From contig NZ_SBIV01000013.1 of NCBI RefSeq assembly GCF_004765795.1, positions 1 through 42,709 of the forward strand: 42,709 nucleotides of DNA, in the 5' to 3' direction. This stretch comes from Halorussus marinus (lineage in GTDB: Archaea > Halobacteriota > Halobacteria > Halobacteriales > Haladaptataceae). Positions 35,650 to 42,709 of this stretch are shown in pieces (the first letter of the stretch is position 1; each line of letters opens with the position of its first letter). The position numbers and the translations under genes are program-made. The notes beneath the pieces were generated by a model. It saw nothing but the letters and a program-made list of their open reading frames with translations. It ran no database searches and was not told the origin of the DNA.

Positions 35650-35855
35650 ACAAATACGACGAAACTGTCACGCGGCGCCGCTGGTTCCCAGAAGACGCCT
35701 CGTACACGGACGCGATCGCGTCTGTCGAAGACGAACTTCGCGACCGCCACGATATCGAGGAGATCGATTCGGTAGCGGCAGAAACGGTGCTGAGTGGGGA
35801 CTGGCGAGTCACTGTCGTTGGTGTTCTCGAGTCCTCAGAGGAGGATGACGAATGA
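35646..35855 (+). CDS. Hypothetical protein
   Basis: 69 aa; GGAGGT upstream; coupled. Confidence 0.6.
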   Translation: MNKYDETVTRRRWFPEDASYTDAIASVEDELRDRHDIEEIDSVAAETVLSGDWRVTVVGVLESSEEDDE

Positions 35856-36775
35856 CGGGTGCCGGATCAGCCAGCCTTGCGTTCGCGAAGGAGGAGACGT
35901 TCGCGGACACGCTCGTTGACAGCGACACCGATGGCAACCCCGAGTACTACAAGTTCGGGCGGAATCCGACTCTCACCGAGCTCGAACTCGCAAACACGCT
36001 CCAGCGGATGCGGGAAGGCGATAAAGTCGAGTCTGTCGACAGCGTCGCGCAGAATCTCGAAGGTGCGGTGTCGGTTGAAGCGACGGTGAGTGCGGACGTT
36101 CACGCTGACGTCCACGATCTCGTGTTCAACGACGGCGGCACCGGCTTCACGTCAGGACGCGCAGCATCAGGGCGGATCTATGCTGGTGTCGATTACCTTA
36201 CCGGGACGGCTGAGCGAGAGCTGATCGGGTGCATCCCGTTGGAGTACTCGGTATCCTACGAACAGGGTGGCATGGTCACGTACAGTCTCTCGATGGCGTA
36301 CGCTGACGAAAACCTCGCCACCTCGATAACACCCTCGAATATCACGGGCCCGAGCGATGGTGGTGATGTTCCGTTCCACGGGTTCACACTCACCGTCGAC
36401 GGTGCGACTGTCGCAAAGCTCCAGTCCGCGGAGCTATCCATCTCTGACATCGCACGCTACCAGTGGGGCGCCGACCGCAACCCAGTGGATGCAGTTATCG
36501 CAACACCAACGACATCACTTACCGTCGATGCCATCTTCACGGGCCCAGACAGGACAGAGATCGCGTACGGTGCTGCGGACGCAACGAGCCCTCAGGACTC
36601 ACTGACTTCTGTGTCGGGGTCCGCCGATCTTTCCGCCGCTGGTTCGTCCGTCACGACGTACAATCTTCCAAAGCTGAAGCCTGATACCCACTCGTGGAAT
36701 GACCTCATCACCGGTGATGCAGACGCGTCGGAAGACACAGAGTTCCACGTCAACGGTGGGGTCACTGTCGCCTGA
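35852..36775 (+). CDS. Major tail tube protein
   Basis: 307 aa; MTGAGSASLAFAKE start; S/T/G/D-rich beta composition; precedes the chaperone. Confidence 0.8.
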   Translation: MTGAGSASLAFAKEETFADTLVDSDTDGNPEYYKFGRNPTLTELELANTLQRMREGDKVESVDSVAQNLEGAVSVEATVSADVHADVHDLVFNDGGTGFTSGRAASGRIYAGVDYLTGTAERELIGCIPLEYSVSYEQGGMVTYSLSMAYADENLATSITPSNITGPSDGGDVPFHGFTLTVDGATVAKLQSAELSISDIARYQWGADRNPVDAVIATPTTSLTVDAIFTGPDRTEIAYGAADATSPQDSLTSVSGSADLSAAGSSVTTYNLPKLKPDTHSWNDLITGDADASEDTEFHVNGGVTVA

Positions 36776-36777
36776 TC

Positions 36778-37329
36778 ATGCCACTGAAAGAGGAGTACAT
36801 CGACTTCGACGAAGAGATACAGCGCCTCGAGCAGAAACGAGACGCGCTAGCAGAACAAGTCGCGGCCCTCGACGAGGATGTCCCGAAACGCGAGGGACTT
36901 GCTGAGCAAGGCCAAGACATCGACGTCTGCCTCCGTGGCCTCCGCTGGGCGCGAGACGACGCAGCCACCGACGATGGAGTCCCCGTTTGGAGCGACGATG
37001 TCGACGGAGTCACGCTCGCCGGCCTCACTGGTGGCGAGTTCGGGCACGTTGAGGACACTGTTGTCGCTGACGCACTTGATCGCGGAGACACTCGGGTTGG
37101 CGAAGGGCTTACTCGGATCTACTACGTCGCAAAAGCAACTCAGCAGGCTCCGTATGTCGATGGATCGATGAGCTTCACCGATAGCGTTCAGGCAGTTAGC
37201 CAGCTCCCCGTGCCGTTCCTGAAGTGGGCCGACGATCGTGTCGACGAGCTCACGACGATCGGGGGCGACGAGGGAAACTCCTTCGGCGATTTAGTCGCGG
37301 AGAAGCAAGCCAACCAGGACGAGACCTGA
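36778..37329 (+). CDS. Tail assembly chaperone (gpG-like)
   Basis: Between tube and tape measure; slippery heptamer near its end. Confidence 0.75.
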   Translation: MPLKEEYIDFDEEIQRLEQKRDALAEQVAALDEDVPKREGLAEQGQDIDVCLRGLRWARDDAATDDGVPVWSDDVDGVTLAGLTGGEFGHVEDTVVADALDRGDTRVGEGLTRIYYVAKATQQAPYVDGSMSFTDSVQAVSQLPVPFLKWADDRVDELTTIGGDEGNSFGDLVAEKQANQDET

Positions 37330-37463
37330 TCTGGCAGTATGCGCGGTCGGTTCTCATTCACCAGGGTCATGATCCTCGGGAAGTCGACGACTGGGCATGG
37401 CGCGATATCGAGGCATACCTCCGCATTAGAGACATCCTCCAGTTTGGTGTCCAAGGCGATTAG
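37272..37463 (+). CDS. -1 frameshift extension of the tail chaperone (gpGT-like)
   Basis: G GGA AAC at 37272-37278; -1 frame open to TAG 37463 (..LIWQYARSVLIHQGHDPREVDDWAWRDIEAYL..). Confidence 0.8.
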   Translation, partial: GKLLRRFSRGEASQPGRDLIWQYARSVLIHQGHDPREVDDWAWRDIEAYLRIRDILQFGVQGD

Positions 37464-37505
37464 TGCGGAAAGATTCAACACGCCACCGTCGAAACCTGCC
37501 GAGAT

Positions 37506-38081
37506 ATGAACCGGCGCGATGCCCTCACTGGTGCTGCGGCAACCATCTCCCTCGTACTTGCGGGATGTTCTGGTGAGAGCACACCAGGAACGACAACCGA
37601 AGACGATCGGGGATCTCCCGCGTCGACGGAGACTGAAAAGCCGCTTCCAGACGTTGACGTGACGGCGACAGATACCTCAGTCGGCGACGCAGACACACAT
37701 CTCCGGGTCCAGTGGCGAGGCCGCGTCCAACGCGTTCTCGAGCCCACAGGAGAAGCCGCGACAGTCGCTGAAGACGGACACAAGTGGCTGGTAATCCAAG
37801 TATCTGTCAGACACGTCGGCGGAACGGCCTGGGAGACGACACCGGTACCGTTCGTCGTTGACGTTGACGGCCAGCGGTATGAGGTATCGACGTCTCGTGC
37901 CGAGTCCTACTTTGGCTCGAGCACCCTTGAGGAGGAGGACGTGGAGTCGGGATGGCTGGCTTTCCAAATCCCGCGTGAGGCAACGTCCGCGACTATGAAC
38001 TTTGACTCCGAGCTGATCTCAGCGACGGTTTCTGCAGGATTCGAAGAGGATCAGTCGCTTTCATTCGACATCGACCAGTAG
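37506..38081 (+). CDS. Tat-exported lipoprotein (Ig-like/DUF4352-like)
   Basis: MNRRDAL twin-Arg, LAGC lipobox, T/S/E linker. Confidence 0.85.
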   Translation: MNRRDALTGAAATISLVLAGCSGESTPGTTTEDDRGSPASTETEKPLPDVDVTATDTSVGDADTHLRVQWRGRVQRVLEPTGEAATVAEDGHKWLVIQVSVRHVGGTAWETTPVPFVVDVDGQRYEVSTSRAESYFGSSTLEEEDVESGWLAFQIPREATSATMNFDSELISATVSAGFEEDQSLSFDIDQ

Positions 38082-38147
38082 CACTGCCCGGCGCCCTGCC
38101 GTGGCTCTACGACCGGCGCCTGTTCTCGATTTCAGTACCATAAACCC

Positions 38148-39329
38148 ATGACAGAGTTCAGAACCAGCAGTCTCTTAGACGTGTCCGTATCGAACAGGTC
38201 CCTCAAGCAAGCCCGGTCAACTATCCAGAGCGAGCTGGGTGGCGTTTCAATCGACGTCAACGCCTCCTCTGCTCAGTCGTCGAATCGAGTTGGCCGGCTT
38301 TCTGGACGCGAGCGTGCAATGGGCCGCCAACTCCAGACCGAGACGAACACGCTACTGCGAGAGTCACTGGAGACCACCAAGGACATCCTGAAGGAGATCC
38401 GGAAAACCGGTGCGACTGACGGCGGCGGTGGGGGAGGGATGGGCGGCATCATCCCACTCTCGCTAGGATCCGGTGGGTCAGTTCTCTCCGGCGGTATCGC
38501 CGCCAGCAGTCTTGTCACGGGGACAGTCGCTGCATCCGGACTCATCAGTGGCGGTGTTGTCATCGACGAGCTCGTCACTGGAGAGCTCCAACTCTCCGAC
38601 TTCATCACAGGGTCCGTCAGAGCTGGCGATCTCCTCACCGGCGGCCTCTCGCCAAACGATTTTATCAGTGGAACAATCGGCGTTGGCACGCTTATCGCTG
38701 GATCGATCACACTTGCATCCTACGTCTCAGGCTCGATCAGCATCGGCGGGCTTGTAACCGGGACCATCGGTGCTGGCACGATTGTTACAGGAACGATCAC
38801 CGCTGGCGCGCTCATCACGGGAACTCTCGCTGCGGGCGCACTAGTCGCAGGAACCGTGATGATCAGCGACTACGTTGCTGGAAAGATCGCTGCGAGCGAC
38901 CTCGTCGAGGACAACATCAGCAAGGAGTCTTCCGAGGTCGTAAAAGGCGACCCCAACCCAGCATCGAATAAAACCGGTGCAAACGACCAACTCACAAGCC
39001 AACCCAGCCAGGTCAACCCAGCCAGCCCCTGGCACGACATGGCGCCGCCAGACTCCGCACAGGATATCGCGGAAGGCATCGTCAGCACGCCAGACAACCA
39101 GAGCGTTGCGCCCCCGCCGGGCTTCGATAGCTGGCAAGAGTTCAACAACACCGATTTCAACACGGCCTCGTCGAACAACGCGTCTGAGAACCGCGGGGAA
39201 ACAACACTCAACATCACGTCAGAGGCCACAGTCAACGGAACTACCGAACGAGAGGTAGAACGGATCGCTGAGCGAAAAGCCGAGGAGAAAGCAGAAGAAC
39301 TCCGAGACGAGCTGACCGGAGGCCTGTAG
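38148..39329 (+). CDS. Putative tape measure protein (short, 10-aa repeats)
   Basis: Position after the chaperone; G/A/S/T-rich; 13 decamer repeats. Confidence 0.65.
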   Translation: MTEFRTSSLLDVSVSNRSLKQARSTIQSELGGVSIDVNASSAQSSNRVGRLSGRERAMGRQLQTETNTLLRESLETTKDILKEIRKTGATDGGGGGGMGGIIPLSLGSGGSVLSGGIAASSLVTGTVAASGLISGGVVIDELVTGELQLSDFITGSVRAGDLLTGGLSPNDFISGTIGVGTLIAGSITLASYVSGSISIGGLVTGTIGAGTIVTGTITAGALITGTLAAGALVAGTVMISDYVAGKIAASDLVEDNISKESSEVVKGDPNPASNKTGANDQLTSQPSQVNPASPWHDMAPPDSAQDIAEGIVSTPDNQSVAPPPGFDSWQEFNNTDFNTASSNNASENRGETTLNITSEATVNGTTEREVERIAERKAEEKAEELRDELTGGL

Positions 39330-39332
39330 TCG

Positions 39333-39947
39333 ATGACTGTCACGTATGGCGAGGGTGTTCTGACGTTACCGCCCGCCGACGTCGACCAGGACGGCAACGA
39401 CGAGCAGGGCGTGTTCGTGTTCAAGACGAACATCACAATCGCGATGGAGACGCGAACCGGCCGGATCGGGAGTGGGAAGCTCAGTCAGGCGAACGCTGTG
39501 TTCTCGGACTGGGTTGAGGACCAGACCGGCGAAGAGTTCGCGGGGACCGGGAAGCGCCAACAGCTCATGCTCGACCTCGGCGCCGGCGAGCACGTCATCG
39601 AAATCGACTTCCAAGGCTTCGAAGGATCCACTCACCAATGGGGGGATTCTGGCGAGGGGGGCACCGCGTCGGACGCGACAGGCGAGAATGTCAACCGGCA
39701 GATGGAGCTCCTCGACCGCTACCTCCAGGTCTGTGAAATCGACAGCCGACCGGGACATGAAGCTCTGCTGGAGGTCGGGAACTACAGCACGGACGGCTAC
39801 TACGAGCCGCTTACGGTCGCTCCTGAGCAGCCTCGTGTTGAGTTCGACGCAGAAGAACAGTCCAGCACGTTCGACGGCTCGCTGACGTTCGTCGAGATCG
39901 CGTCGCTGTCGAACCCCTACGACGCCGCTTCGCGGAACGAACGATAA
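39333..39947 (+). CDS. Distal tail/tail-tip protein
   Basis: Immediately after the tape measure gene. Confidence 0.55.
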   Translation: MTVTYGEGVLTLPPADVDQDGNDEQGVFVFKTNITIAMETRTGRIGSGKLSQANAVFSDWVEDQTGEEFAGTGKRQQLMLDLGAGEHVIEIDFQGFEGSTHQWGDSGEGGTASDATGENVNRQMELLDRYLQVCEIDSRPGHEALLEVGNYSTDGYYEPLTVAPEQPRVEFDAEEQSSTFDGSLTFVEIASLSNPYDAASRNER

Positions 39948-39950
39948 CCC

Positions 39951-41132
39951 ATGAACCGCACCCTCTACTCACTCGCCATCCCGTCGAACGCACAGACGCT
40001 CACTCAGTCGCAGATCGCCAGGAACGTCGCGACCCACGGTATTCTGAACGAATCAACTGCGGCGGTTGAGTCGCTCAGTCTGGAGCCCGGCCAGCAGCTC
40101 CTCGAAGGACAGTTCCGCGGGAAGTACGCACGACTGATGGCTGAGGAGGTCGAGGAGTTGTTCGACGCGGGGGCCATGGGCTCGGTCGCGTTCTACTCGC
40201 CAGATGGGCAGAGCGGCGAAGATGGGTACTACACGCTCGACAATATCGACCTCCAGCCGGTCGATCCGAACCTCGACGAACTCCGTGATTTTGATGGTGT
40301 GTTGACGAAGGAGGGGACGCGGGAGAACAGCCGTCGATCCGTCCAGACCGCGATCACGCAGGTCGAGAACGACTATGGGAACCGGCAGACGGCCTACGTC
40401 GGCATCCATGCTAACGCCCAAGATGTCTGGTGGCTCGACCAGGAGAGCGGCCAGACTGAAGACGCCACCGTGGTCGACACGCGGACCGCCGAGCACGGCG
40501 ACGTCGACGTGGTCGACGCGCTCGCATCGTCGTACGACAGTCCGACGCTCGTCTTTGATCTGCCCTACGCCCAGGAGGGGAAGGTGGACGTCGTCGTGTG
40601 GGACGATCACGGCCGACCGAAGCTCGACAGCGATGGGATCAACAGCTGGCAGTGGGTGTTCTCGACGAGCCACGAGTACGACGGCGAGGCGATCGCGGAC
40701 AACGGCCTCGTCCGGCTTCGGCTCGGCTCAAGTCTCGCGGTCGAGGAGTGGGACGACGCCGGCGGCGCGTGGTCGGCGGTCGCGCTCGGAACGAGCGACT
40801 GGGAGCTGGACGACTGGAGCCTCACTCGGATCGGGCCGGCCCGAGTCGTCGTCCGGGTTCGGTTCGCGGACGCGATCGCGCCCGCGATCGTCGGTCAAGC
40901 GATTGTCGGCGAATCAACAGTCGGCACCACCTCAACCAACAACTATCAGGACTTCGAACTTGATGCAGTGTTGCATCGCGGCTGGCGACGCCCCCACTGG
41001 GTCGTCCCTGAGAACGAGACACCGCCGACGCCGTCGGGGCTCCAAGACCTGCTCGCCCCGGTCGCGTCTGGGAGCGACTACACCGCAGCCGAAACGCAGG
41101 GGCTCGTCAGCCGCGAGGAGGTGTGGCGCTAA
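39951..41132 (+). CDS. Tail-tip protein
   Basis: 393 aa in the tail module. Confidence 0.55.
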   Translation: MNRTLYSLAIPSNAQTLTQSQIARNVATHGILNESTAAVESLSLEPGQQLLEGQFRGKYARLMAEEVEELFDAGAMGSVAFYSPDGQSGEDGYYTLDNIDLQPVDPNLDELRDFDGVLTKEGTRENSRRSVQTAITQVENDYGNRQTAYVGIHANAQDVWWLDQESGQTEDATVVDTRTAEHGDVDVVDALASSYDSPTLVFDLPYAQEGKVDVVVWDDHGRPKLDSDGINSWQWVFSTSHEYDGEAIADNGLVRLRLGSSLAVEEWDDAGGAWSAVALGTSDWELDDWSLTRIGPARVVVRVRFADAIAPAIVGQAIVGESTVGTTSTNNYQDFELDAVLHRGWRRPHWVVPENETPPTPSGLQDLLAPVASGSDYTAAETQGLVSREEVWR

Positions 41133-42709
41133 TGGCGACGACGGTCGACGACTTCGACGACGGCGACATCGCCGAGTACAGCGGAGACACCAGCGCGTTC
41201 AGCGTCGTATCCAGCCCCGTCCACGCGGGGTCGAACGCGCTCGAAGTCACCGGAGGCGGCGGCTACACCATCCTCTCCACGAGCGGTCTGCCAGCGTATC
41301 CTGCTGCGGGAGACGCGTTCTCATTTCGACTGCGAGTCCAGGACTCAGACACTGGCACGTCGGGGATGTACTTCGGCGTCCAAGACACGAGCCGCTGGTA
41401 TCGGGTGCGGTGGAACGCGGGTGAGCTCCAACTGCAGCGAGACGGCGAGCAGATCGCCGTGCAGTCTGGATCAGTGCCGACCGGCGAGTGGCTCCGGGTG
41501 TTAGTCAGTTGGAGTGCTGACGGCACGATCACGGCCGCCATCGATGACGCGTCCGGTACCAGACACGCCGCGGTCTCGGCGACCGACTCGACCTACACTG
41601 ACGGCGGGATCGGCTGGAGCCATTTCAACGGTGCGAGCTCGGAGACCGTCCGTTTTGACAGCGCGCAGATCGAGCCGGCGCCCGCAGCGCCGTCCAACAT
41701 CTCGGCGAGCAACCCGACCCAGACGTCGGTTGACATCGAGTTCAGCGACAACGCGACGATGGAGACCGGCTTCCGGCTGCTGCGGGCGCGCGAGTATGAC
41801 TCTGGCTGGGGGCCCTATCAGGTAGCCGTGGAGCTCGACGCGGCCCCTGGCACGGGCACGGTCGCGGTCACGGACGACACCGTCTCGCCGGGGATCACGT
41901 ACAAGTACAAGGCTGCGGCGTACAACGCGTCCGGGGCGTCCGAGAGCGGGGAGAGTGGCGTGGTGTCGACACCGAGTTCAGGGCGGCCGCGGACGCGGAC
42001 GACGGCGTCGGGCTGGACTGTCGAGGTCGACCATCCAAGCGGGCGGACACTCCGCCCCAGGCTGCTCGACGATCCCGAAGCAAACCCTCGGGTGAACGAT
42101 CTGCCTCGGATCCGAGTGCCGGTCCCGAAAGACGAGACGTGGGCTTGTGAGGCGTTCGAGGAGGCCGACATGCGGGTGTGGGAGGACGGCCACAAACAGC
42201 CGATCGGGACACTCGTCGACGTCGAGCAGCAGCCCGACCGAACGATCTTGGTCGGCGAGGGCGGCCGCGAGCTCAAACAGCCGGTTGAGGCCGAGTACGA
42301 CATCGAGGACATTCACGTTGCGGTCGGGGACCTCATCGAGGGTAACACGAGCTACGCGGCGGATGTTGACGCGCCCGAGCAGACGTTCCGTCAGGACGTG
42401 CTGCAGAAGTCGATCGACACAGAGACCGACTGGTTGAACGACCTGAACACCGCGATCGCGAGCGACGAGCCGTGGCAGGTGACGAGTGATGGCCGGTTCC
42501 AGCGGAAGCAGACGAGCTGGACGATGGAGGGCGAGACGTTCAGCGGTACCTCGGGGACTGACAGTTTCGAGAACTACTCGCTGGGCGAAGCGCTGTCGCT
42601 CGCGGACCTCATCACGTACGGCCCCTGGTCGTTCACCACCAACCACGACATCCCGGCCGGCGACTGGCGGATCGCACTCCGCTACCGTGTTGAGGGCGAC
42701 ACGGACTTC
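41132..42709 (+). CDS. Large tail protein with lectin-like N-terminal domain and fibronectin type III domain (3'-truncated by window end)
   Basis: Manual translation from ATG 41132 (TAATG) stays open to the end: MATTVDDFDDG...PAAPSNISA...VDIEFSDNATMETGFRLLR...PGITYKYKAAAYNASG. Confidence 0.8.
   Translation, partial: MATTVDDFDDGDIAEYSGDTSAFSVVSSPVHAGSNALEVTGGGGYTILSTSGLPAYPAAGDAFSFRLRVQDSDTGTSGMYFGVQDTSRWYRVRWNAGELQLQRDGEQIAVQSGSVPTGEWLRVLVSWSADGTITAAIDDASGTRHAAVSATDSTYTDGGIGWSHFNGASSETVRFDSAQIEPAPAAPSNISASNPTQTSVDIEFSDNATMETGFRLLRAREYDSGWGPYQVAVELDAAPGTGTVAVTDDTVSPGITYKYKAAAYNASGASESGESGVVSTPSSGRPRTRTTASGWTVEVDHPSGRTLRPRLLDDPEANPRVNDLPRIRVPVPKDETWACEAFEEADMRVWEDGHKQPIGTLVDVEQQPDRTILVGEGGRELKQPVEAEYDIEDIHVAVGDLIEGNTSYAADVDAPEQTFRQDVLQKSIDTETDWLNDLNTAIASDEPWQVTSDGRFQRKQTSWTMEGETFSGTSGTDSFENYSLGEALSLADLITYGPWSFTTNHDIPAGDWRIALRYRVEGDTDF

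Larger units (their letters stand above)
1..42709. mobile_element. Haloarchaeal temperate tailed virus (siphovirus-like), circularly permuted; probable plasmid-type provirus
   Basis: Terminase-portal-protease-capsid-neck-tail gene order; Rep, ParA, tyrosine recombinase and PCNA; acidic proteome; tail genes at both window ends; no sheath gene recognised; no host genes recognised. Confidence 0.93.

Noticed and set aside
1..42709. CRISPR array, DGR/reverse transcriptase, IS transposase, DNA methyltransferase, inteins, tRNA/rRNA genes
   Set aside because: No regular repeat-spacer array or diagnostic motifs were found by eye; the missing part of the genome cannot be assessed

Overview
The whole window looks like a near-complete, circularly permuted genome of a temperate head-tail (siphovirus-like) virus of a halophilic archaeon. 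It is GC-rich, its proteome is strongly acidic, and genes are coupled through overlapping stop/start codons. It begins with a tail-fibre gene and ends inside another tail gene, with no recognisable host genes. Gene order: tail fibre; a leftward block (tyrosine recombinase, HNH-fused and plain ParA-partner paralogs, ParA, Zn-finger micro-genes, HerA-like ATPase, HNH endonuclease, wHTH repressor); a divergent promoter; a SWIM/early operon; a divergent pair of ribbon-helix-helix regulators; PCNA, mosaic genes and a RepH-like plasmid initiator; Zn-finger/wHTH/HNH genes; two membrane proteins; then terminase, portal (C-terminal KTSC-like domain), XkdF-type protease/scaffold, capsid, neck, tail tube, tail chaperone with a -1 frameshift, a lipoprotein, a short tape measure and tail-tip genes. 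Rep + ParA + recombinase with no visible att junction suggests a virus-plasmid. The most unusual observations are two HNH nucleases each fused to a paralog of the neighbouring gene, an RHH/RHH switch, two spaced TTAACCAACA-N22-TGTTGGTTAA palindromes, the portal-KTSC fusion and PIP-like tails on Zn-finger proteins in a PCNA-encoding virus. All family calls come from motif recognition by eye; no searches were run.
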